64,000 nucleotides of DNA from the NCBI GenBank assembly GCA_004431415.1, contig QPMI01000601.1, positions 248,001 through 312,000 on the forward strand. The letters run 5' to 3'. Source of the DNA: Cyanophora paradoxa CCMP329. Its lineage: Eukaryota; Plantae; Glaucophyta. The translations under genes were made by a program, and so were the position numbers. The notes beneath the pieces are model-generated. The model was not told where the DNA came from. It worked only from the letters and a program-made list of their open reading frames with translations, and searched no databases. Shown here in pieces: positions 48,233 to 59,372 of this stretch; the first letter of the stretch is position 1, and each line of letters starts with the position of its first letter.

Positions 48233-50711
48233 CTACTCGGTCTCCTTGAAGAGCTCGCGGCCGATGAGCATGCGCCGGATCTCGCTCGTCCCCGCGCCTG
48301 CCCGATCGCGATCAGCTAGCAGAGACTCGGGCAAGCGGGCCGGGAACGGCACCGATCTCGTAGAGCTTGGCGTCGCGCAGGAGGCGGCCCGTCGGGTACT
48401 CGTTGATGTACCCGTTGCCCCCTGCCCCGCCCCCCGTCAGCTCGGGGGGCGCGGGGCCGGGCTGGGGCGGGCGGCGTCAGCTCGCCGAGGCACTGGATGG
48501 CCTGCAGCGCCACCTGCGTGCCGTTCTCCGCGGAGAGCAGGATGGCCGCCGCGCAGTCCTAAGGGGGTACGCGTTAGTCGGGGGCCGAGGGATGGGTGCC
48601 GGTGGGTGGGCGGGGGGTACCTTGCGGTCGATGCGCCCCTCGTCGCAAGCGCGCGCGACGGCGTACACGAACGCCCGCGTCGACTGCGGCGAAAGCTTGG
48701 GGATTGGGGGAGGATGGGGGCGAGGGGGGGTAGGGGGCGGGGGGACCTGGAGCGTGACGTACATGTCGGCGAGCTTGCCCTGCATCAGCTGCGCCCGCGC
48801 CCAGCGTCGAAAACAAGCGGCCGGGGCCCCGAAGCGGGCGTGCCTGGAAGGTGCCGATGGGCTGGCCGAACTGGCGGCGCTCGTGCACGTACGGGAGCAC
48901 GGCGTCCATCGCCGCCTGCATCAGCCTGCGCCGCTCGACGCGCTCAGGCGAGGACGACGGGGGAAGGGAAGGGGCAGCGGGGCGCGCCCGAGGGGCCCGG
49001 CGGCGAGGACGGCGCGCTCGACGTCGAGGCCGGACATGAGCACGCGCGCCCCGCCGTCCAACTCCCCCAGCACGTTCTCCCCTGCCAGAGGGCGAGGCTC
49101 GGCCCAGGCCGCGGCAGGGCGGGGGCCGCGGGGCGGGGCGGGCGCACGGGGGACCTCGCAGTCCTCGAAGACGAGCTCGCAGGTGTTGGAGCCCCGCATG
49201 CCGAGCTTGTCCAGCTTCTGCGCCGTGCTGAAGCCCCGCATCCCCTGCCCCAGGCGGCGGTGAGGAGCAGAGGGGAGGGCGGAGAGGCGAGGGGGGCGCG
49301 ACCTTCTCGACGAGGAAGGCGGTGATGCCCTTCGCGCCGCGCTCCGGCGCCGTCTTCGCGTACACCACCAGCACGTCCGCTGCCCCGAAAGGTTGGGGGG
49401 ACGGGGGGGGGGCGAAGAGAGGGGTAGGGGAGGGGTAAGGGAGGGGTAGGCACCATCGGGCCCGTTCGTGATCCACTGCGGGAGAGGAGCGTGGCGCCGA
49501 TCAAATCGCGATCGGTTTTGAGATGGGAAAAGGGGAATGGAGAGGGGACGGACCATCTTGGAGCCGTTCAGAACGAAGGAGTCGCCCCTGCTCGGAAGGG
49601 CGTGGTGTGAGGCTCGGAGGAGCGGGGCGGGGCCGGGGGAGGGGGCGGGCCTGGGGCGGGCGGTGGTGGCCATGGCGACGACGTCGGACCCCGCGCCGGG
49701 CTCGCTCATCGCCAGCGCCCCCACCCGCTCCCCGCTCACCAGCCCCGGCAGGTACCTGCGCCCCGCGCGTAACGGGGGGGCACGTGCGTCGCTGCGGGCG
49801 CGCACCGCCGCTTCTGGTCCTCGTTGCCGTTCCGGACGATCTGGTTCACGCAGAGATTCGAGTGCGCCCCTGCGGGGCGTCGGCACGGCAGAAAGCTGGG
49901 CCGTGGGGCGGGCCCGGGGGGGTACCGTAGGAGAGGCCGACGGAGCCGGACGCGCGTGAGATCTCCTCCAGGGCCACGCTGCCCGCCCGCCCGGCCCCGG
50001 CCTCAGCCCAGCGCCCGGGCCGCATCGGACGCGCATCGGACGCGCGGCGGGCACCAGTGCTCGAGGTAGCCCATGCCGAGCCCTCCGAACGAGGCTGCCG
50101 CAGGACGCGCGCGGGCGGCGTGAGCGGAGCGCTATCGCGGAGCGCGCGACGGCGGAGCGGCGCGAGGGGCGCGCACGCGGCGCCGTGATGCCGAGGACGC
50201 CGAGGTTGCCGAGCTCCCGCCACAGGTGCTGCGCAGCGCCGCGGCGCGGCGCGGCCCCTTCAGACTCGCGGAGCTCGAGGGCATGGCTCGTTGGGGACTC
50301 GTACGCCGGGGAACTCGTTCTTGCGATCGATCTCGGCCGCCAGAGGTGCGATCCGCTCTGCCGCGAACTTGCTCACTGTTCGAACGATTGGCACACGGTG
50401 AGCCAGCTGCAGCGATATCGATATCGATGAGCGCTAGCTTGGAGCGGAAAGGGCGCACCGGTCTCGCGGAGCTCGAGCTGATTTTCGGTAAGCCCGCCGA
50501 CGCTGCCGGGATAACCCGCGCCGTGCGCGTCAGCGGAGGGCAGCTGCAGCTGCATGCATATGCGCAGGCCTAGGGGCGCGCGCGCTGCTGCGGCTGGCGA
50601 CAGCACCCACCTGTCCTTAACGGACCTCGCGTGGAAGAGTCGACGCAGACCGTACGACCGCCGCATTAGCGGCGCGCACCGGCCGAGGGCGCCTATAGCG
50701 AGCTGCAGCAT
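48233..50711 (-). CDS. IVD: Isovaleryl-CoA dehydrogenase, mitochondrial, multi-exon
   Basis: [138 protein letters not shown]. Confidence 0.96.
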
Positions 50712-51054
50712 GTCTCCGCCGGTCAGAGAACCAGATCGGCCTGGCGCTGCGCTGTCGGAGAATACCGCTTGTGGACCGCTTGAATAGCTCGGCGCGCTCC
50801 GCGTATGCTTCGCGCGCCGGCGCGACAGCGGGCTGCTCTATCTGGCTTTGCCGGCGAAGCTCGGCGGGCGGTGCGGCAGTGAGCAGATCGTCGCAAAATG
50901 GCGGCCCGCGCGTCGCTCGAGCGTCGGAAGACTGGATCCGGAGACGACGAACCGCTTATAAGGTCAATATTTTTGGGGTACGGGAGTGGGCCGGTGAAAC
51001 GCGTCTACCCCCAGAACGCGAGGCGAACGTGGGGTGAGTGCGCGGGCTTCGAGG

Positions 51055-53361
51055 ATGTCGGACCGAAAGCGAAGATCTTCAGAAAGCGAACTACGAGACG
51101 ATTCGGAGCTCGCGGAGGACCACAGCGGCAGCGCGATGCACAGCCTCCCAGATGTAGTCCTCTCGCGCGTCTTCTTCTTGCACGCGACGACGCTCGACGC
51201 GCAACGCGGTGATCCAGCGTATCTGTCGAACCCAGCGCCGCCGTTCTGCTGCGGGGAGCTTGAGGCGGACCTGTGCCCGGAGCTGGCGCTCGAACCGGAC
51301 GTGATGCCGGAGCGGCTTGCTCCGCTTCGGGCCGTGTGCCGCAGATTCAGGCGGCTGGTGCGATCATCTCGTCGTGCAGATCTGCTTGCTTCTCGCTCAT
51401 CCCGCGCCCGCCACAGATCGATGCGGACCCGTACTTGCGCGAGCGTGTGCTGTTGAACTGCGTCCCGGACAGCAAAGAACTCGAAGGCAAACCTCTCGTA
51501 TGCCGCGATGACTTCCGCAGCGATGAAGACCTAGGCGAAGCGCGGTGGCATGAACCGGGCGCGGGCGTCTCGTGGCTCCTGCAGCGGCCGGAGAGCTTCA
51601 AGCGCGGCGTGCGGCGGCTGCGGGTGGTGCTGGACCGCTTCCCGGCGCTGTGCGCGGCGCAGCTGCGGGCGCTCGGCAGCGACGCGGTGCTGGCGGAGAG
51701 CGTCGAGGAGCTCGACCTGCTCTTCCTGCGCCTGGAGGCCCAGCACCACCGCATGTGCTGTGCGTCCCTCGTCCCCCGCTTCCCGAACCTCCGCGTCCTC
51801 CGCATCGCGTCCCACGTGCACGCGGTCGAGGGCATGGTGGAGCCGCTGCGCCTGCGCGGCGGGGCGCGTGCGAAGCAGACCGCCCGTAAGAGCACCGGCG
51901 GGAAGGCGCCGCGGAGACCACTTTGGAACGACGAGGTGACGGAGCCGGCGGCGTGGGCGATCGCTTCGCTCGGCCGGCTGGAGGTGCTCGACATACCGGG
52001 CCTGCCCATGGCCGTCGGCGGCATCCGGGCGATGGGGGCGCTGCCCCTCCGCGCCCTCCATCTCAGTTCCTTCCCTCCGTGGGCTAGCGACAGGAGCGAG
52101 CGTCTCGTGGAAGCCGCGGCGCGGGCCTTCCCCAAGCTGCAGCGCCTCCGCTACCACGGGTCCAGCCGGGGCGGACCCGCGCGTTGCATTGCGGACGACG
52201 AGGATGGCGCTGACTACCTCGCGCTCGACGAGGCCCTCGCCCGCCTTGCCGACCTCCGCTGTGCGTCGTCCGCCCCCGCCTCTCTGCCTTGCAGCCCCGC
52301 CCCGCCCGACTGGCTGACGGGCTCGCGGGCCGTCGCGGCGCCGCAGCGCTCGGCATGAAGTTGTGCCTCCACTCCCTCAAGTTCCTGCGGCACCTCCCCA
52401 GGCTCGAGCACTTCTCCGCGGTCCTCGACGCGCGGGCCGACCTGGCGCCCCTTGCCAAGCTCGGCCCCCGCCTCCGCACCCTCGGCGCCCTCCGCTCCGA
52501 GGCGGAGCTCCTCGTACGGGGACTCGTTCGGGGCTCCAATGACGATTCGGACGGGAGCGAGTCGGACAGCTCCGCGGCCGAGGCCGAGCGAGAGGCGCGG
52601 GCGCGCCTCCGCGCGGCGGCCTCGCGCGCCGCCCTCGTCTCTACCCTGGAGGGCATGCACGCTCTCGAGGTGCTCGCCACCCCTCGCCCTCGTTCTCCGG
52701 CTCTCACCCCGGCCCCTGCCCCTCAGGGCCTGCACCTGTGGGCGACTGAGGGGACGCTGCTCGCCCTCGCCGAGGGACCCTTCTCGAGCCTGCCCCGCCT
52801 CCGCCTCCTCTCTCTCTTCTGCGCCAACGGCCCCACCGTGCCTCTTCCCCTCATCACGGCGCGCCCCGCGCCGCGTCGCCCCGCTCGCCCCTCCCTCCGT
52901 GTCCGGCTGACCGTGCTGGGGCGCAGCGCACGGCGGCGGGCATGGCTGCCCTGCAAGACCTCCGCGTCGACGCGCTGCTCCTTCCGCTCCCCGAGGAGGC
53001 GGCGGCGGCGCTCGCCGGCCGCCGCCTGCGCCGCCTGCGCGCCACGCTCTTCCCCTCTCTGGAGCTTCTCGACGAGGACGAAGGTGGGGATGGTCCGGAG
53101 CCGCCGGAGGGGGCGCGGCGGCGCCTGCGGGCGACTCTCCTCCCCTCCCTGGAGCTTCTCGACGAGGACGGAGGCGGGGATGGCCCCCCGGCGCGGCGGT
53201 GCCGGGAGGAGCGGGGGCGCCTGGAGGCCCGCCTGGGCGTGCGCGTCTCGCCGCACCCCGCCTGCAAGCGGGGCGCCGACGTGGGCAGCCGCTGGATGTA
53301 TCTCCCGCGGGCGCCATCGAGGTCCGACGAGAAGCTGACCCGATTCTTGGATGCGATGTAG
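51055..53361 (+). CDS. F-box-like / leucine-rich-repeat protein with an internal LRLRGG-histone H3 tail motif
   Basis: F-box-like SLPDVVLSRVF...LRAVCRRFRRL. LRR-like FPNLRVLRI, LGRLEVLDI, FPKLQRL, LPRLEHF, LPRLRLLSL. Few introns. Confidence 0.8.
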
Positions 53362-53531
53362 GCAGGCCGCGCCCGTTGGCGTCTACATTCTAGATGAGTA
53401 ATTCCTTTCCATTTTGCAGATATCGATAAATTTATATATTTGTTTGCCTAATGCATGTGTGCGTCGACGCCATGCAACTTGGGGCCACCGCTCGCTACGG
53501 CTAGAGCTGCGGAGCGCGCCCAGCGAGGCGG

Positions 53532-56500
53532 CTACCAGAGGCCGGAGCGGGCCCGGCGGGCGGGGGCGAGGCGGACGGACTCGATGGCGTCGAGCTCGGC
53601 GCCGGGGCCGGGGCCGGGGCCGCCGGCGGAGGCGACCGTCGCGAGGGCGCGCCGCAGCTCCTCCACGCCCACCTCCTGTCCCTCCCGGGTGAGCCAGGCC
53701 AAGCCCGCCGCGGGGCACTCTCTGCGCTCTTGCTTCGGGGCGCACCGGGGGCGGCCAGCGGGAGGCGAGGGGCCGGATGGTGACGGGGGCGGGGTCGAGG
53801 GCGTCGTAGTAGCGGTAGACGGCGCGCAGCCAGGCCGCCAGCACGGGGGGCGCCCGCAGCCCGAAGACCTGCGCGAGCCACCGTCGGGGGAGGCGGGGCA
53901 GCGAGCGGGGCGGGGCCGGGGGGACGGGACCTGGGGGGCGCGTTGGGCGACCTCGGGGTCGGGGCTCTCGCGCTCCCGCGCGAAGCGTCGGCAGAGCTGG
54001 CGGCAGACGCCCTCCACCCGCCCCGGCGCCAGCGCCCCGTCGCACGCGTACTTCCTGCGCCCCGGGCCCCCGCCCCGCTCGAGAAAGGCGGGCGGGGGCT
54101 CGCTAAGCTCGCTCCGGGCGGGCGCACCGGAGCTTGCAGAGGGTGGCGCGGGGCACGGGCCCGTAGCTGGCGTCGAGGAAGGAGCCGAGGAGGCCGAGGA
54201 GGGTCGGCTTGCCCAGCAGGCGCCGCACGGGCAAGCCGACCCTCCTCGACCCTCCTCGGAGGGTCGGCTCCGCCAGCCGCCCCGCCACCTCCTCCGGCGT
54301 GGGCGCCGCTTTGGCCGGCACCGCCTCATACTCCTTCTGCGCGGGCGTGAGGCGCCGCGGGGCGAGGGGGCGTGCGGGCGAGGCGGCGCACGGTGAAGGC
54401 TTCCCGCCGCGGCTGCGCGCTCGGGCGGGGCTCGCCGCCAGCCGCGGATCGCGAGGGCGGCGGAGCGCTGGCGGCGGCAGCGACGTCGCCCCGGGCGGGT
54501 GCCGGTGTGCTGGCCGCGGCGCCGGCGTGTACAGCTGGCGTCGCAGTCCCTGCAGCTGCGAAGCCGCCGCGCCGCTGCTTCGTCTCGACGATCTCGCGCA
54601 CCGCCGACTGCACGTCCCCGAAGACCCGCACCCCGTGCCGCTGCGCCACGTCTGCGCCCGCCCCGCCCGCATCGAATCCAGATTCGATCCGGCGGGGGCG
54701 GGGGCGGGGGCGGACCGCGGAGGTACTCGCGGGCGCGGTTGAGGTCCTTCAGCTCGCCCGCCTGCACCGCCTCGCCCCCGATCGCCGCCCCCGCCGGCAC
54801 CGGCAGCACCCTGCCCGCCCCCGCCCTCAGCCGTGCTTCGGGTCCGGGCGGCCGGCGCGGGGCTGCGGGGCGGCGGGGCGGGGCGGACGCGAGGACGACG
54901 GGGCGGGCGGCGGCGATGTACTCGGCGGCCTCGACCATCGAGGCGAGCCCGCGCGTCTGCGCGTCGATGACGAAGAGCAGCACGCCCGCCGCCCGCTTCG
55001 CCTCCGCCTCCACCGCCACCAGCTCCGGCCGCCACTCCTCCACCTGCGCCCCGCCCCGCGTCGGCCCGCGCCCCCGCAGCCGCGCCGGACCCGGGGCCGG
55101 GGCCGGGGCGGGGCTCGCCTGCGGGTTGAAGAAGCTGACGCCGGCGCGCGTGAGCTCCGGTATGGCCAGCTCCCGCCGCCACGTCGTCGGGTTGCACGCC
55201 CCGCCCAGGAAGACCTCGCAGCCGCCGGCCCCGGAGGCGGCCGGGGCGGCGTGCGGGCCGTGGCCGTGGCCGGGGCCGCCGCGGAGCGTCTCGAAGCCGC
55301 CGAGCCGCTGCTTCGTTTCGACGATCTCGCGCACCGCCGACTGCACGTCCCCGAAGACCCGCACCCCGTGTCGCTGCGCCACGTCTGCGCCCGCCCCGCG
55401 CGCATCGGATCCAGATCCGATCCGGCGGGGGCGGGGGCGGGGGCGGGGGCGGACCGCGGAGGTACTCGCGGGCGCGGTTGAGGTCCTTCAGCTCGCCCGC
55501 CTGCACCACCTCGCCCCCGATCGCCGCCCCCGCCGGCACCGGCAGCACCCTGCCCGCCCCCGCGCTCAGCTCCCGCCGGGGCGGCCGGCGCGGGGGCTGC
55601 GGGCGGCGGGGCGGGGCGGACGCGAGGAGGACGGGGCGGGCGGCGGCGATGTACTCGGCGGCCTCGACCATCGAGGCGAGCCCGCGCGTCTGCGCGTCGA
55701 TGACGAAGAGCAGCACGCCCGCCGCCCGCTTCGCCTCCGCCTCCACCGCCACCAGCTCCGGCCGCCACTCCTCCACCTGCGCCCCCGCCCCGCCTCGGCC
55801 CGCGCCCCCGCAGCCGCGCCGGGGCCGGGGCCGGGGGCGGGGCTCGCCTGCGGGTTGAAGAAGCTGACGCCGGCGCGCGTGAGCTCCGGTATGGCCAGCT
55901 CCCGCCGCCACGTCGTCGGGTTGCACGCTCCGCCCAGGAAGACCTCGCAGCCGCCGGCCCCGGAGGCGGCCGGGGCGGCGTGCGGGCCGTGGCCGTGGCC
56001 GGGGCCGCCGCGGAGCGTCTCGAAGCCGCCGAGCCGCTGCTTCGTTTCGACGATCTCGCGCACCGCCGACTGCACGTCCCCGAAGACCCGCACCCCGTGC
56101 CGCTCCGCCACGTCTGCGCCCGCCCCGCCCGCATCGAATCCAGATTCGATCCGGCGCCGGGCGGGGCAGGGGCGGGGGCGGACCGCGGAGGTACTCGCGG
56201 GCGCGGTTGAGGTCCTTCAGCTCGCCCGCCTGCACCGCCTCGCCCCCGATCGCCGCCCCCGCCGGCACCGGCAGCACCCTGCCCGCCCCCGCCCTCAGCT
56301 CGAGCTGTGCCCGGGGCGGCCGGCGCGGGGCCGCCCGGGGCGGCGGGGCGGGGCGGACGCGAGGACGACGGGGCGGGCGGCGGCGATGTACTCGGCGGCC
56401 TCGACCATCGAGGCGAGCCCGCGCGTCTGCGCGTCGATGACGAAGAGCAGCACGCCCGCCGCCCGCTTCGCCTCCGCCTCCACCGCCACCAGCTCCGGCC

Positions 56501-56698
56501 GCCACTCCTCCACCTGCGCCCCCGCCCCGCGTCGGCCCGCGCCCCCGCAGCCGCGCCGGACCCGGGGCCGGGGCCGGGGGCGGGGCTCGCCTGCGGGTTG
56601 AAGAAGCTGACGCCGGCTCGCGTGAGCTCCGGTATGGCCAGCTCCCGCCGCCACGTCGTCGGGTTGCACGCCCCGCCCAGGAAGACTTCGCACGCCAT
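53532..56698 (-). CDS. Raw/OLRN-1-like protein with three tandem nucleoside 2-deoxyribosyltransferase-like domains and a C-terminal helical, possibly EF-hand-like region
   Basis: Three copies of EVFLGGACNPTTWRRELAIP..FFNPQVEEW..LLFVIDAQTRGLASMVEAAEYI..LKDLNRAREYL. The 3' end is approximate. Confidence 0.85.
54560..56695. repeat. Tandem triplication of a ~730-745 bp unit, including introns
   Basis: Near-identical exons and introns, with unit anchors at ~55207, ~55936 and ~56679. Confidence 0.95.
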
Positions 56699-57058
56699 GC
56701 CGAAAGCTTGATCGGGAGCTCGAGCTGAAACCTCGAGGCTTCCGGCAAGGCTGGACCGCGGGGCCCGCTAGCTAAGGCTCATTTCTACTTAGCTAGTACC
56801 AGAAATCCCTCGAAAAAGAACAGGAGGCGAGAGAACGCGCGGGGCTGCCGGACCTATGTATGCAATCGAGGCTCGGCCTCCGGAACGTGAGAGGGAGTCT
56901 TCTGAATGTAACGACTGCGTTCACAGCGTCCAGCTGGGCCGACGAGGCTGGGCAGCAGCAGCTCCACCAGCCGGAATTTCGCGTACCCACCTACGACCCG
57001 TCTGGCCGCCGATCGGGCTGTCGACGGCCATCATCGCGCGTTAAAGCTCACCTACGAG

Positions 57059-59140
57059 ATGCAGCCGCAGCCTCCATCGCGCCTGAAGAGGCTCGTCGCG
57101 CGGCTTTTGCCGCTCGCAGTCGTCGGCGGCGTCGCTTACTGCCTGGCACCGTCGAAGCCGCCCGAGTGGCCACCGAAGGCCGCCGCGGAGGCCCCGCCTG
57201 CGCGATCCGTCTACAGCTGGGGCCTCAACCACGCGGGCCAGCTGGGCGTCGGGACCGTGAAAGCTGCCCCGCTGCCGACGCGCCTCGAGGTGTGCGGCCG
57301 CGGAGCGCCGAAGCGCCGCGCGCCCCGTTCCGCCGTGCCTCACGCTTCCGCGGGCGCTCGCAGACGCTCGACAGCAGCCGGTTCGACATCGTGCGCGTCT
57401 GCGCCTCTGGGCTCTCCAGCGCTGCGCTGGACAGCCGGGGGCAGCTCTACACGTGGGGCTGCGGAGGCAACGGGAGGCTGGTGCGCACGCGCGCGAGCGC
57501 CGCCGCGCGCCGAGCGCCGCGCGCGCTGACCGCCGCTGAAGGGTCACGCGGACGAGAGCGACCGGCTGATCCCGCAGCGCGTCGAGACGCCGCTGCCGCT
57601 CCGCGTGCGCCGCTCCACCCTCGCCCGGGACGCCTCGGCGCCTCAGCGGGGCGGGCGGGGCAGGACGTGGCGCTGGGGGAGTATCACCTGGCGGCGGTGG
57701 ACGTGGAGGGCGGGCTCTGGACGGTGGGGCGCGGGCGGGGCGGCCAGCTCGGGCACGGGGAGGCGCGGGACGCCCTCGCCCTGCGCAAGGTCGCCGGCCT
57801 CGAGGGCAAGCGCGCCGTCCAGATCGCCGCCGGCGAGGCCCACACCGCCGTCCTCACCGGCCCGCCCCCGCCCCGCCCCGCCCCGCCCCGCCCCGCCCCG
57901 CGCCGCTCACGGGCGCCCGCAGAGGACGGGGAGGTGTACACGTTCGGCAGCGGCTTCGGCGGTGCGCCCGCGTACCCCCGCACGCTCCGGCCGGCCTGAT
58001 CGGGTACCCCCCGGCGGAAGGCGGGCTGGGGCACGGGGAGCGGAAGGACGCGACGGCGCCGCGGCGGGTGGAGGCGCTCGCGGGGAAGCGCGTCCGCTCC
58101 GTCGCCTGCGGCCGTGACGTCTCCTTCTTCGTCACCGGTAGCCCCTCCCCTCCCCCTTTCTCTCCCCCGCGCCGCCGGTACTGGTTGCTCAAGCGGACGC
58201 AGACGACGGCATCTACGCGTGCGGCAGCGACGACTTCGGTGAGCTGCGTACCCCCCTTCGGGGTTTTCCGGACCCGCCCCCCGACGCCGGCGGCAGGGCA
58301 GCTGGGCCTGGGGAAGCACGAGCGGACCGTGCGGGTCCCGCTGCCCATCCGCAACCTCGGCGACCTTGCCGTCGCCCAGGCCCGCCCCTTCTCGTTCCGC
58401 GGGGTACGGCGAGTTCCGATCCTCCCCGGGGTACGCAGGTGGCGGCGGGGGACTTCCACGCGGCCGCCGTCACGCGTGACGGGGCCCTGTACACCTGGTG
58501 CGGCGGATACGGGGGCGGGCGCCCGGGGCCGGGCCGAGCGCCGCGCGCAGGGGCTGGAACAAGGAGGGGAACCTCGGGCAGGGGGACACGGCCGACCAGT
58601 CCCTCCCCCGCCGCCTCGAGGGCCTACCCCGCATCGCCAAGGTCCCCGTACCCCCCTCGCTTCTTCCCCCCGCACCCTCCTCTCACGTACCCCCCGCAGG
58701 TCGCGTGCGGCGGGGGCCACACGGCGGCCCTCTCGGAGGCCGGCGAGCTCTTCGTCTTCGGCCGCGGGCGAGACGGGCAGGCGCGCGTACCCCCGAAGGA
58801 AATCGAACCCCTCGAATTTAACCACGTACCCCGCAGCTGGGCCGCGGGGACCTCCTGGAGTCGATCGCCGCGTACCGCACGACCCCCGTGCGCCCCCTGC
58901 GCCCGGACCGGCCTGTACCCCCCGCGCCGCCCCCTGAGACCGGTACCCCCGGCCAGGTGCGGGTGGAGGCGCTGAAGGGGAAGGCGGTTGTGGACGTGGC
59001 GTGCGGGCGCGACCACACGGTGCGCGTTGGTTGCAGCGGGGCGGGGCGGGGGCGCCCCCTGATTAAAAGCCTCGCCCTTCGAATTCGGCTCACGTGCGGA
59101 ATCGCGCGAGCAGCTGGCTCTGGCCGCCGAGAGGAGATGA
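57059..59140 (+). CDS. RCC1-repeat beta-propeller protein with N-terminal hydrophobic segment, multi-exon
   Basis: Repeated VYSWGLNHAGQLG, LYTWGCGGNGRLGH, VALGEYH, IAAGEAHT, VAAGDFH, VACGGGHT and VACGRDHT. Confidence 0.92.
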
Positions 59141-59372
59141 CCCCCAGCCAGGCCTCGGGCGTTACGCCGCCTCCCTTGGCGTCCCGGATTCGATCCCAGG
59201 CCCAGCTAGCGCGCGCGCACACACACAGGCTTCCGAGTTCAGAAATCTGCTCACTGCTCAATTCAGAGAATCGCTCGCGAAGATGAAAAGGCGTCTACAC
59301 AGGCGAGAGCTAGCCGCGCAAAAGAGAACTAAATCTAGGGGGAGAACATTTACAGGCGTGCTATGTACAGTT

